Below the pieces are notes generated by a model, which saw only the letters and a program-made list of their open reading frames with translations, was not told the origin of the DNA and made no database searches. Made by a program: the position numbers and the translations under genes. Positions 35,595 to 49,259 of a stretch of DNA of 64,000 bases are shown piece after piece. Source of the stretch: Selaginella moellendorffii (lineage: Eukaryota > Plantae > Lycopodiophyta); contig NW_003314262.1 of the NCBI RefSeq assembly GCF_000143415.4, positions 3,482,405 to 3,546,404 of the forward strand, in the 5' to 3' direction. Within the stretch, counting starts at the first letter, position 1. Each line of letters begins with the position of its first letter.

Positions 35595-36750
35595 CTAAAG
35601 AGCCGTAAGTTGCGACCATTTCCCATCCACGACTTCCTTCCAGAGGCTGACGGCATTGCTTCCATCCGTCACGGCAAGAACGTTCCCAGCGGATGACCAC
35701 CGAACTCTCCAAACCGGGACCTTGAAATCGTTGAGCAGTCGCCCCTGCCACTGATCGCTGCCAGCTTCCGAGTGATCCTGGGTCCAAATGATCACCGTCC
35801 CATCCTGCGAAGCGCTGGCCATGGTAGTTCTCGGGAGCCCGATGTTTGGTGCCCATGCAACGTCTCTCACCCAGTCGCTGTGCTTGGACAGCGGCGGGAA
35901 GCAGTCCATCTTCCAGCTTCCATCGCTAAACCTCCAGACTTTGACAGTGTTGTCACAACCGCAAGAGACGAGCTTGAAAACATAGGTGTTGTGTGACGCT
36001 GGTTGCGACGAGACGAGAGCGCCTGGGGCCAGTGCTGGAGCCCATGAAACAGCAGTGACGCCACCTTCGTGCTAAGACAAAAAAAAAAAAAAACAGAAAG
36101 AATGGTTAGAGCTCGTGAAAGCTTTAAATTGTGGAACGACTTTCTACAGTAGCTTGGAGAGCAAGGAAATCAATCAATCGACTGACAGAGATAAAGAACA
36201 CTTGAACAGAGAGCAAGAAGATCAAACAAAAACAATGCAATGACAATAAAGAGAGCAACGTGATGCAAGCAAAGAAAAACTAAACTAAGATCTATGTATA
36301 AAAGAAAGGACTCACAGCTGAGCCGATCTTCGTCTTGTCCCATGCAGCCGACGCGTTGCCTTGCTTGGCCGTGAAGATCGAGATGCTCGAGTCGGACGAG
36401 CCGCAAGCAAGGATCAAGCCCAGCTCGTGAGGCGCCCAATCGATGGAATTCACACTCCCTTGGTGCTCCTCAAACACCTGGATTTGCGACCACTGCCCAT
36501 TCCTCCCGGAATCCTTCCACACGATCACGCGGCGATCGAAGGAGCAGGAGGCGAGAATGGAGCCGAATCGAGGGTGCGCCCATGCAACCTGCCATACCGG
36601 GAGCTGGTGCCCCGTGAGAATCACACCGGGATCAGAGGGATTGTCGATGGATCGGACTTGGATCGTTCCATCCGACGAGCACGTCGCGATCTTCTTGCCG
36701 TAGTAATCCACAGCAGCGTCGTTGGTGCAGTGGGAGTCTCCCTCTGCCAT
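35595..36750 (-). CDS. SEC13: SEC13 WD40 protein (COPII/nucleoporin), 2 exons (intron 36072-36315)
   Basis: DYYGKKIATCSSD, GHQLPVWQVAWAHPRFGSILASCSFD, WAPHELGLILACGSSD and HSDWVRDVAWAPNIGLP. Confidence 0.95.
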
Positions 36751-37021
36751 TCTCGCAAGGAACCCTAAATAATTAGATTCCCTAAAAGCAATGTTTATAA
36801 AGGAGTGCATTATAGAATTTCAAAATATTTTTAAATAATAATATTATTTAAAAATAAAAATATGGAATTGAATTCTAAAGAAAAATACTATTATTAATTA
36901 TGTATATATTTGGTTTTAAATCAAATTACTTTATAAGAATAATTAAAAATATATAACAAAACTTTATAAGATTAAATATTTATAAAAACATCTAGATAAT
37001 ATAATTTAAAAAAATAAACTT

Positions 37022-40000
37022 TGTGAGGGCCAAGTGTACAATTACGATGCCATATATTAATATTAGTGTAGTGGGATTTTAGTAGCCGTCGAATTGGTTT
37101 CAATCCGGACTACTCGTTCCTGTATATAAACTAGGGTTTTTGGGCTAATTGATATGCACATTTCTATATTCCCTTTCTATATTCCATGCATTCACATTGG
37201 TGGAGGTGAGGGGCATCTTTGATTGTCCCCGGGGAGTGCTTGGATTTGGGATTTCAATTTATATTTAGCTTTTGCATTGTCTAGATCTAACTTTTTCTAT
37301 TTCCTTTCTTTTGTTCTTTCCTTTCAGGATTTTGGTTTAGATCTAGCTTTTTGCATTGTCTAGATCTACCATTTCCTTCTAGCTTTTTGTCATTTCTCTT
37401 CTTTTGCTCTTTCTTTTTCATTCATCTCCATGGCAGATCAACAATCTCCTCCTTTGACTCTAGAGCAGCAGTTGGTACAATTGCTTGATGCTATGTGCTT
37501 GCAATTGAACAACCAAACTCAGTTGATGGCGGCATTCACGGCACATGGTACAACTCCTCCTGCTCTTGGTGCCAATCCTCACGTTTGGCCGGAGTTCTTT
37601 CGCGGGAATCCTAGGGATGATGTATACCATTGGTTTGATCACTTTACGGTGATTGCCACATATCATTCTTAGGATGACGCTCGACGTTTGCGTGAGTTTC
37701 CCACATGTCTCCAAGGGACGGCATTGCAGTGGTACAACGGTTTGGGAGCAACCACTCACGGGGATTGGAGTGTTCTTCCGGATGTCTTCAAACGCGCCTT
37801 CGGACATGCCGATGATTGTGATGATGCTTTCCAACAATTGCATCGTCTTCACCAAGGGCCATTTGAGTCGGTGATGCAATTTGGTGTTCGTTTCCGAAGT
37901 CTTTTGCTTCGTGCGGAGCCAAATATGTCGGAGCGAATCAAGCTAGGAATGTTGTGGCCAGCATTGCGTCAAGATCTTGTCGGACTTGTGTATGCACTTG
38001 CTCTCGCCACCCTTGACGATGCTCTTTACTTGGCACAATGTTATGAGACGTTGCCTCTTCCACTTCTCGCTACACATCCTTCAGCTCCACTTTTTGTGGG
38101 TGATAGTCTTGTTCCAATGGAGGTTGATGCTGCTGCTGCTCGAGTCCAAGGTCAAGGGCGAGGACGTGGTCATGGCCATGATGTTCACTGTTGGGCATGT
38201 GATGAAGTTGGTCATACTTATCAGTGTTGTCGGTGTTTTCCGGATTGGCGACCTCCATTTCTTGGGTGGAGACCTTGGCGTCAGCAACGTCTCGTTGGTG
38301 CTGCTGCAATGGAAGGTTTGGACACTAAGATGCATCTGGGAAACGAGGAGTTGCACGAGTAACGGAGGGACCTTGCGCAAATAAGTCAGTGACCCCTCCA
38401 TTTTTCTTTTGGGAGTATCATCAAGGGTTTCACTCGGCACCAGTTCATCCAGTGTTTACTTTCCAAGCTCGTCTTTATAACAAAAGGTCTCTTATTATTC
38501 TCTCCGTGTTGGTTGATACAGGTTCGAGTTTATCTTTTATTGCTCGACCTGTTGCCACACGTCGTCGTCTACACTTGCGTCGTGCGGCGGAACCACTTTT
38601 CATTCTTTATGGCAATAGCCGTACACATGCATGTGCACGGGATGAGGCAAACCTGGTTGTGCCTGTGGGCGATCTCGAGCTTGAGTTGCAGTCGTTGCGG
38701 GTGGTGCCGAGTCAAACTTTTGACCTCATTCTTGGTATGGATTGGTTGCAGCGCAATCATGCCAAGTGTGATTTTGAGGCTTCTCCCCCTTGTCTCATAC
38801 TTCCTTATGTTTCATCCATTCCTCTCACTTTTGTACCTCTTCGTCCCTTTACTTCTACCTCTGCTTCCATTACTTTTGTTTCCGCACTATTTCCTCCTGT
38901 ATTTCCATCTTGTTTTGCTCTTCCCTTTTCCGATCCCTCTGACGATCTTTGTGTTGCAGTAGTTGACCGGCTCATGAAGGAGTATTCTGATCTCTTTGAC
39001 TTTGACCTATCGTCTGGAGCCAAGATTGCCACACGTCATCCGATTCCAACTAGGGATGTTCATCCAATCAAGGTTCTTGTTCGTCGTCGGTCACCAAAGG
39101 AGATCAAGATTTTACGTACAAATGTCAAGGAGATGTTGGAGAAGGGTGTTATTCGGAAGTCACGGAGTCCTTGGGCATGTGAACCTCATCTTGTGACGAA
39201 GCCTGATGGGAGTATTCGTTTCTGCATCGACTATCATCCATTAAATGACATAACGATCCCGGATGTGTACCCTCTTCCTCATACTGTTGATTTCTTGGAT
39301 CGTCTGGGGCAAAGTCATTGGTTCACCAAGCTAGATCTTGCTTCTAGGTATTGGCAAGTACTGATGGCCGAAGAAGATATTCCTAAGACTGCTTTTCGTA
39401 CACCATTTGGTTTGTATGAGTTCTTGGTGATGCCATTTGGTTTGAACAATGCTCCAGCAACTTTTCAGACGAGGTTCTTTGCGATATGCCAGAGGTGACT
39501 GCTGACTTCATTGATGATGTCTTGATCCACTCGGAGGGGACGTGGGAGGAGCACGTTCGTGATGTTTGTAAAGTGTTGGATCGGCTACGCGACGTTGGTT
39601 TAAAGCTGAAGTGGTCGAAGTGCGTGTTTGGATCCAAGGACACAACTTATCTTGGGTACCATATTTCTCGTGAAGGTTTGCAAGTTGATCTTGACAAACT
39701 TATGGCTGTTCTAAAATTCCCTACTCCGAAGTGTGTGAATGATGTGCAGTGCTTCTTGGGCAAGGTGCAGTATCTTGAGCGTTTTGTGGATCATCTTTCT
39801 AATCTCATTGCACCATTGCGAGCGTTGCTGAAGTTATCAACGTCATCTTTCATTTGGTCTCTGGATTGTGAGCGGGCATGCGGGGATCTCAAAGAATTAT
39901 TAACAACTCCTCCAGTTTTGGCATATCCTGACTACACTCGACCTTTTATTTTACATGTGGATGCTTCTGACTATTTGACTCGTTGGGTGGAAGTTAGTGC

Positions 40001-41039
40001 TCTTGCTAGCGCCTTTGCAACTACTGTTGGATACTTCCTCCTCAATCGAGTGGTGTTCCAACATTCTTGTCCAGAGCGGATTCTTTCGGATAATGGTCCT
40101 GCATTTATGGCTGAGGCATTTCATGTTTTGACGTCTCGGTTGGGGATTCGCCACACTTTCACGAGTGCTTATCATCCACAATCAGACGCTCTGGTGGAAC
40201 GGCTCGTTCGGATGTTCAAGGGGATGATTGCAAAGTATGTGAACTTTCAACATTCGGATTGGGATGGTTATTTGCCGTCTCTTCGGTATGCATATGTCAC
40301 TGGGGTGTAGAGTTCTGTTGGTGCTTCACCATATAAACTCCTATATGGTCATGATCCAATATTACCAATGGAGCTGAGTTTACCTTCGCAATTGCCACGA
40401 GCTGCAGATGCTAGGTCATAGGATCAATATTTGACAAGCATTCTTCCACTTGTCCGAGCAGAGTCTGCCGAACACTTAGGCTGCGTACAAGTGGGACAAC
40501 AACGGCGCTACAACTCCCATCATCGTCCACCTGCGGAGTACAAAGTGGATGATTTGGTGTTAGTCCATTTTCCCCATCTTACGGTACGTGGTTTATCTAA
40601 GAGGCTCCTTGCACAGTGGAAAGGACCGTATCGGGTGTTGCGGCAAGTTGGACCACAAGTTTATGAGGTTTGGCATGATGTCCAGCAGGCCAATCCTCTA
40701 AAGATTGTGCATGTGCAACAGTTGAAATGCTTCATACAAAGGGATCAGGAGCGGTTAATACCATCTACAGATCCACCAATGCCTCCTCATAATGTTCCTC
40801 CAGATCCCGGCCCATCTACAAAAGAACCCTGATGGTCTTCCATTATTCCGAGAGGAGGGGATGATGTGAGGGCCAAGTGTACGGTTACGATGCCGTATAC
40901 TAATATTAGCATAACGGGATTTTGGTAGCCGTCAGATTGGTTTCAATTCGGACCACTCGCTCCTGTATATAAACTAGGGTTTTTGGGCTAATTGATATGC
41001 ACATTTCTGTATTCCCTTTCCATATTCCATGCACTCACA
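37022..41039 (+). mobile_element. Ty3/gypsy LTR retrotransposon 1, defective
   Basis: 175-bp LTRs (37022-37196, 40865-41039) with TG..CA ends and 4-bp TSD ACTT. PBS TGGTGGAGGTGAGGGG is tRNA-Ala-like; PPT GAGAGGAGGGG. Contains gag, PR (VDTGSS), RT (FIDDVLI) and INT core plus GPY motif, with premature stops and an RNase H deletion. Confidence 0.95.
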
Positions 41040-44000
41040 ACTTTATATTTAATAAGTTAAAATTTACATTAAAAATTAAATAAACTTTTTATTTTATGAA
41101 TGCTCAATGGGAATAAATATATTAATTAAGGTTTAAACCCCTTTTTATTGGATGTGTGAGGTGCAAGTGTACGGCTATGATGCCGTATACTAATATTAGG
41201 ATAATGGGATTTTGGTAGCTGTTAGATTGATTTCAATTTGGACCACTTGCTCCTATATATAAACTAAGATTTTTAGGGCATATTTTCTGTATTCCTTTTT
41301 CATATTCCATATACTCACATTGTTCTACACTTTTGATTGTCTTTGAAAAATGCTTGGATTTAGGATTTTGGTTTATATTTAGCTTTTGCATTGTCTAAAT
41401 CTAACTTCTTTTATTTCCTTTTTTTGTTTTTTTTTTTTTTAGGATTTTGGTTTAAATCTAGTTTTTGTATTGTCTAAATCTCCCTTTCCTTCTAACTTTT
41501 TTTCATTTATCTTTTTTTGCTCTTTTCTTTTCATTCATCTTCATGGCAGAGTAACAGTTTCCTCCTCCTTTGACTTTGGAGCAGTAGTTAGTGCAATTTT
41601 TTAATGCTATGCAATTGTAATTGAACAACCAAACTTAGTTGATAGCAGCATTCATGGCATATGGTACAGCTCCTCTTGCTCTTGGTGCAAATTCTCATGT
41701 TCGGCCGGAGTTTTTTTGTGAGAATCCTAAGGATGATATGTACTATTGGTTCGATCATTTCACGGTGATTGCCACGTATCATTCTTGGGATGATGCTTGA
41801 TATTTCCATGAGTTTCCCACGTATCTCTAAGGGATGGTGTTACAATGGTACAATGGTTTAAGTGCAACCACTCATGGGGATTGGAATGTTCTCCTAGATG
41901 TCTTCAAACATGCATTCGAACATTTTGATGATTGTGATGATGCATTCCAACAATTGCATTGTCTTCGTCAAAGGCCATTTGAGTTAGTGATGCAATTTAA
42001 CGTTTATTTCCGAAGCCTCTTGCTTTGTGCGGAGCTAAATATGTTAGAGTGGATCAAGTTAAGAATGTTGTGGCCAATACTTCGTCAATGCACTTGCTTT
42101 AGCCACCCTTGACAATGCTCTTCGCTTGGCACAATATTATGAAATGTTGCCTCTTTCACTTCTCGCTGCACTTCCTTCAGCTCCACTTCCTATAAGTGAT
42201 GGTCCTATTCCAATGGAGGTTGTTGCTCGAGTACAAGGATAAGGGTGAGGATGTGATCATGGCTATGATGTTCGTTGTTAGACGTGTGATGAAATTGGTC
42301 ACACTTATCGGTGTTGTTGGTGTTTTCTAGATTGGCAGCCTCCATTTCTTAGGTGAAGACTTTGGCGTCAACAACATCTTGTTCGTGTTGTTGCAGTGGA
42401 AGGTCTGGATATCGAGGTGCATATGGAAAATAAGGAGTCATGTAAGTAACGAAGGGATCTTACATAAATAAGTTAGTGATTCTTCCATTTTTCTTTCGGG
42501 AGTATTATTAAGGTGTTCATTTGGCACCAGTTCATCTAGTGTTTACTTTCCAAGTTTATTTTTATAACAAGAGGTTTCCTATTGTTCTCTCCATATTAAT
42601 TGATATAAATTTGAGTTTATCTTCTATTTCTCGACCTATTGCCACATGTTGCCATATACACTTGTGTTATATGGCAGAACCAATTTTCATTTTTTATAGC
42701 AACAACTGTATACATGCATGTGCACGGGATGAGGTGGACCTAGTTATATGTGTGGGCAATTTTGAACTTGGGTTGTAGTCATTGCGGATGGTGTTGAGTC
42801 AAGCTTTTGACTTCACCTTTAGTATGAATTGATTGCAGCACAATCATGCCAAATGTGACTTTGAGGCCTCTCCCCCTTGTTTTATACTTCTTTATATTTC
42901 ATCCATTCCTCTCATTTTTATACCTCTTCGTCCCTTTGCTTTTACCTTTACTTCTATTATTTTTGTCTCCCCACTACTTCCTTCTATATTTCCATCTTGT
43001 TTCGCTCTTCCCTTGTCCAATCCTTTTGATAGTCTTTGTGTTGCAGTGGTTGATAGGCTTATAAAGGAGTATGCCGATCTCTTTGAATTTAATCTATTTT
43101 CTAGGGCCAAGATTGCCACACATCATCTGATTTCAACCAGGGATGCTCGTCCTATCAAGGTTTCTATTTGTTATCAGTCACCTAAAGATATCAAGATTTT
43201 ACGTGCAAATGTCAAAGAGATGTTAGAAAAGGGTGTTATTCAAAAGTGGTGGAGTCCTTGGGTATGTGAACCTCATCTTATGATGAAGCCTAATAGAAGT
43301 ATTCATTTCTGCATTGATTATCGTTTGTTAAACGAAATGACGATCTTGGATATGTACTATCTTCCTCACACTACTAATCTCTTAAATCGTCTAAGGAGAA
43401 GTCATTGGTTCACCAAGTTAGATTTTGCTTTTGGGTACTAGCAAGTACCAATGGCTGAAGAAGATATTCCTAAGGTTGTTTTTCATATATTGTTTAGTTT
43501 GTATGAGTTTTTGGTTATGTTGTTTGGTTTGAATAATACTTTAGCAACTTTCTAGCAAATGATGAACAAAGTTCTTTGCAATATGCTGGAGGTGACTATT
43601 GACTTCATTGATGATGTCTTGATCCACTCGGAGGGGACATAGGAAGCATATATCTGTGACGTTTGTAAAGTGTTGGATCGGCTATAGGATGTTGGTTTGA
43701 AGCTGAAGGATAAACTTATGGCTATTCTAAAATTCCCTACTCAAAAGCATGTGAATGATATGTAACACTTCTAAGCAAGGTGCAGTATATCAGTCATTTT
43801 GTGGATCATCTTTCTGATCATATTACATCGTTACAAGCATTGTTGAAGTCATCAATGTCATCGTTCATTTGGTCTTCGGATTATGAGTGGGCATTTATAG
43901 ATCTCAAAGAGCAATTGATGACTCCTTTGGTTTTGGCATATCCTAACTACACTCAACCTTTTATTTTGCATATGGATGCTTTTGATATTGATCTTGGAGG

Positions 44001-44405
44001 TGTGTTGATGCAAAAGAGCTCAAGTGTGCCTGGTTAGCGCCATCCCATTGCATATATAAGTTATACATTACAACCAATGGAGGTGAACTACTCTACGATA
44101 AAGGAGTGTTGAGCAATAGTCTAGGGTTTTGAGAAACTTTATACATATCTACATGGTTCTCGGACATTACTTGAAGGTGATCATGTTGCTACTACTTTAT
44201 TATTAAAGTGGAAGAACTTGGTTAGTTATATTACTTGATGGGCTTTGAAGCTTCAAATATATGATTTTGATGTTCATTGTCTGGGGAGTTTTATGGCTAA
44301 TGCTGATGCCCTTTCTCGAGCTCCTCTTGCTTCTTCACTCTCTTCTTATGTTTCTGATAAGCCTATTATTCTAGCATCTGTGGATTTTCTAAATGAGGAT
44401 TTTAT

Positions 44406-44982
44406 TATAAGCAACCAAAGAGAACAACTTAAGAGATAATCCATAGGGGTTCAAATATAGAGGGAAAGGGTCTGTAAATAAGAGTGCACCCTTTTTTCCA
44501 ATCAGTTAAGGGTCTTGGGATGTTTAGAGTTAAGCATCTTTTAGTTTGAATAGTATGGGGCTAGGTGACCTCCCGAAAAGTCTAAACTCAAAAGTTTACA
44601 TTTGGCATCAAAGAGGTCTCAAGTCTGATTTTGTTGGTTGGTTAAGGGAATTACACCACATATTGATTGACATCTAATTGGTCTAGTTTGCTCCGGCTGG
44701 GCTCGACCCAAGGGGTAGGGTGTCAAGAGAGCGGGGCTCTCAGGAGCTATGGCTCTCAGCTTTCGTTCACGAGGGCGTGAACTTGGAAGGAAGCGTAGTG
44801 GATTATAAGCAACTAAAAGGAACAATTCAAGAGATGATCTATAGGGGTTCAAATATAAAGGGAAAGAGCCTATGAACAAAAGTGCATCTTCTTTTCCAAT
44901 CGGTTAAAGATCTTGGGATATTTAGAGTTAAGCATCCTTAGGTTTGAATAGTGCACGGTTGGGTGACCTCTTGGGAAGTCTA
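44406..44982 (+). mobile_element. Cassandra-type TRIM (5S-rRNA-containing LTRs), degraded, nested in gypsy 2
   Basis: LTR 44406-44600, degenerate PBS TGGCATCAAAG, approx. 200-bp internal region and second LTR from 44804 (truncated). 5S A/C-box AGTTAAGC..GGGTGACCTC.TGGGAAGTC. Confidence 0.85.
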
Positions 44983-45888
44983 GGTGTTTATATCTGTGCC
45001 ATCGGCAGTTGTTATACTTGACGTTCAGTGTCTATAAGGTGCAGAGCAAAGAGCTACCTTCTCTTGATGAGGTTCGTGAGGTTCAAAAGATTGAACTGTG
45101 GATTTGAAAGTTTTGAGATGGGTTTGAGAATCATGCATCACTTGCTGATGACTTACCATTCTAGCATTTACATTCTCAATATCACTTTAAAGACAGTTTT
45201 ATTTATTTTATGGGGATAAATCATGATGATCATTTATGGTTAGTGGTGCCTTTTATCTTTATTCTATGGTTTCTCCATACTTACTATGATTCTCCTATTC
45301 TAGGTGGGTATATAGAATATCATTGTGTGATCGAGAAGTTGCACAAGTCTTTCTATTAGTTGGAGATGCGATGTTATATTATCTAGTATATGCATAGTTG
45401 CATTTAATGCCAAGCTCATAATACTTTCCCTTGTGCCGTAGAAGGACAGTTTGAGTTAATTGCAGTTTCCTGCCCGTTTAAGTTGGTGGCATTTGATCTT
45501 ATGGGACCTTTTCCACAATTGACTGCTAGTAATAAATATGTTATTATTGCTTTTGACTATTTGACTTGTTGGGTGGAAGTTGGTGCTTTTGCTAATGCTT
45601 TTGCAACTGCTGTTAGATACTTCCTCCTCAATCGAGTGGTGTTCCAATATTCTTTTCTGGAGTCAATTCTTTTAGATAATGGTCCTATATTTATAGCTAA
45701 GGTATTTCATGTTATCATCCACAGTCAAATGGTTTAGTGGAATAGCTTGTTCAGATATTCAAAGGAATGATTGCGAAGTATGTGAAGTTTCAACATTCAG
45801 ATTATGATGGTTATTTGCCATCTCTTCGATATACATATGTCACAAAGGTGCAGAATTCTATTAGTACTTTACCAAATAAACTTCTATG

Positions 45889-46877
45889 TGCAAGCTCTTG
45901 AGTTTGGACTTCCCAGGAGGTCACCCAGCCCAGTACTATTCAAACCCAAGGACACTTAACTCTAAATATCCCAAGACCTTTTACCGATTGGAAAAAGGGG
46001 TGCACTCTTGTTCATGGGCCCTTTCCCTATATTTGAACCCCATGGACCATCTCTCAAGTCGTTCTCTTTGGTTGCCTACAATCCACCACGCTTCCCTGCA
46101 AGTTCACGCCCTCGTGAACGGAAGCTGAGAGCCGTAGCTCTCTCGAGAGCCCCGCTCTCTTGACACCTTACCCCTCGGGTCGAGCCCAGCGGGAGCAAAC
46201 TGGACCAGCCAGATGTCAATCAACATGTGGTGTGATTCCCTTAGCCAACCAACAGAGTCGGACCCGAGACCGCTCCAATACCAAATGTAAGCTCCTGAGT
46301 TTGGACTTCCCAGGAGGTCACCCAGCCCAGTACTATTCAAACCCAAGGACACTTAACTCTAAATATCCCAAGACCTTTTACCGATTGGAAAAGGGGGTGC
46401 ACTCTTGTTCATGGGCCCTTTCCCTATATTTGAACCCCATGGACCATCTCTCAAGTCGTTCTCTTTGGTTGCCTACAATCCACCACGCTTCCCTGCAAGT
46501 TCACGCCCTCGTGAACGGAAGCTGAGAGCCGTAGCTCTCTCGAGAGCCCCGCTCTCTTGACACCTTACCCCTCGGGTCGAGCCCAGCGGGAGCAAACTGG
46601 ACCAGCCAGATGTCAATCAACATGTGGTGTGATTCCCTTAGCCAACCAACAGAGTCTGACCCGAGACCGCTCCAATACCAAATGTAAGCTCCTGAGTTTG
46701 GACTTCCCAGGAGGTCACCCAGCCCAGTACTATTCAAACCCAAGGACGCTTAACTCTAAATATCCTAAGATCCCTTAACCGATTGGAAAAGGGGGTGCAC
46801 TCTTGTTCATGGGCCCTTTCCCTCTATATTTGAACCCCATGGACCATCTCTCAAGTCGTTCTCTTTAGTTGCTTACA
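45889..46877 (-). mobile_element. Cassandra TRIM tandem array (3 LTRs + 2 internal domains, 397-bp period)
   Basis: LTRs at approx. 45889-46080, 46286-46477 and 46683-46877 contain the 5S core AGTTAAGTGTCCTTGGG..AGTACTGGGCTGGGTGACCTCCTGGGAAGTCC. PBS TGGTATTGGAGC; TSD CTATG/CTATA. Confidence 0.92.
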
Positions 46878-49139
46878 CTATAGTCATGATTCAATATTAC
46901 CAACGGAGGTGGGTTTACCTTCATAATTGCCACAAGTTGCCAATGCTAGGTTGTGGGATTAGTATTTGACAAGCAAAGTCTGCAAAACACTTAAGTCGCA
47001 TACAAATGAGACAACAATAGCACTACAACTCCCATCATTATCCACTTGCAGAGTTCAAAGTGGTTGACTTGATATTAGTTTGTTTTCACTATCTTACGGT
47101 AAATGGTTTATTAAATATTAGTTTGTTTTCACTATCTTACGGTAAATGGTTTATTTAAAAGGCTTTTTGCTTAGTGGAAAGGGCTGTTTTGGGTGTTGTG
47201 GCAAGTTGAACCACAAGCTTATGAGGTTTGGTATGATGTCTAGCAAGCTAATCCTCCAGAAATTGTGTATGTGTAATAATTGAAACACTTCATACAAAGG
47301 GAGTAAGAACAATTGATACCACCTACAAATCCACCGATGCCTCCTCCTAACGTTCTTCCAAATCCCAACCCATCTACAAAAGAACCTTAATGGTCTTCCA
47401 TTATTCCAAGAGGAGGGGATGATCTGAGGTCCAAATGTATGATTATAATGCCGTATATTAATATTAATATAGTGGGATTTTGGTAGCCGTTGGATTGGTT
47501 TCAATCCAGAACACTTGCTCCTATATATAAATGAGGGTTTTTGGGCTAATTGATATGTACATTTTCTGTATTCCCTTTCCATATTCCATGCACTCACATA
47601 TGGACTAAATTATATCCCAAATGGATGATTATATATTATAGTGTTATAATTAGCATATTATCTAGGCAAGGTAATATATGTATATACATATATGTATTTA
47701 TAGACTTTACACCATCCACCCTTCCAAAAGATGAAAACATAATAACCATAAGTCAAATGGAACATTTAGAGTTTTTGCTGGGTAATTATAAATTGTTACA
47801 AGAATTTAAAGCTCCCATATAACCACTAATGTAGTTGTTGACAACCATGATTAAAACAAAACTCAAAGTCATGCCATAACTATCAATTGATTATAAAATC
47901 TTAATGAACTAATTACAACTCTATATACAACTACCAAATGCTCAAACTAACCTTAAACCCATAACTTTGAATTAAAGAAAGAGACTTCAAGAATTACTAT
48001 AATCCATAAAATGCCATTGTAATAAATGATACATTTTGCCTTTAAGTCAATTCATTGATAATCCTTCAAGATAACTGTTAATTTAAACTCATAACCATAA
48101 GTAAAACCTACTTTTATATATTCCCTTTGGTCAATATTGATTTTCATCTTTGTTTAGCACTACACATAGGAGGTTGAATTCACTCCATTTGTCCTCCACA
48201 TCCTTTTTATCCCCTTGAAGAAAAAAACATTTTGAAGCACCAACTTTTGTATACTCATCTTTACTCCATTATTTCATTTTTTTGGCTTCACTATGTTGGG
48301 GTTATATGTTTTGTTTGGACTTGCTATAGTCATTCTCACTCCACAATCTATATCATTTATCTTCGCTCTACTATTATATTTGTTTATCCTCACTCTATTG
48401 TTGGGGCCGAACTACTGTCTATCCCCTCTACCCCTTCCTATAAAGAAAAAAAAGTTTGAAGTGTCAGAGCAAAGAGGAGAAAGTGAGAAAAATTGAGGAA
48501 AAATCATTATAAAAAAAAAAAGTGAATAAAGTAGGAATTTTTAATAGTTGTTAATGCAAAAATAAGGAAATAAAAAAGACATGTGCTCAAAGTTTTGAAA
48601 ACAAAAGACTTCCTATCATAAAATACTTAAGCCACGACAATATAAGCAAAAGATTCATACCGTTTAACCTCCTCAACACACAATTAACCATTTAAGACAA
48701 GAAAATCAATACTCTCAAGGGAATATATTAACTCCTTAGCAATAACGGTAAAGCAAAGGCATGAAACAATATTTACAAATGGGTACACACACTTAACTTG
48801 AAATTTTGGCCAAAGTGACTCAACTTTTGGAATATAAGAATATTTAACACTAAAACTGATCAAAAACTCTGCCAATGAAATATAAAAAAGATTTTCAACT
48901 TTATACACATACATATACTCAATATCTAGAGTAGTATAAAGAGGACAGAAAACACTTAACTCAACATTAGGCTAAAAATGAAAATTATAAAAGTCATAAA
49001 TGATTAACATGCTAAGAAAAGAAAATATTGTAGATAAGGAAGAAACACTAAGAATATAAGAAGGTGGCTCAAATTAAAAAAAAATTTAAAAAAGAGCAAA
49101 AAGTAAAGAGAAAGAATTAAATGGAAAATTAAATGATTA

Positions 49140-49259
49140 TATAAGCAACTAAAGAGAATGATTCAAGAAACGATCTTAAGGGCTTTAGGATATTTAGGGT
49201 TAAGAGATTTTGGGTTTGGGTTGGATGACATCTCAGGAAGTCTAAATTTAAAAGTTTAA
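49140..49259 (+). mobile_element. Degenerate solo Cassandra LTR
   Basis: TATAAGCAACTAAAGAGAA..GGGTTGGATGACATCTCAGGAAGTCTAAA matches the Cassandra LTR with an internal deletion. Confidence 0.7.

Larger units (their letters stand above)
41155..47598 (+). mobile_element. Ty3/gypsy LTR retrotransposon 2 (same family, older, heavily mutated) with nested insertions
   Basis: LTRs 41155-41319 and 47423-47598, flanks GATG/TATG. Collinear with element 1 but retains RNase H remnants. Confidence 0.92.

Noticed and set aside
45889-46877. 5S rRNA gene array or CRISPR-like repeat
   Set aside because: Only the internal 5S A/C-box core is present, embedded in TG..CA LTRs with PBS, PPT and TSD. The internal segments are identical rather than unique spacers, so this is a Cassandra TRIM.
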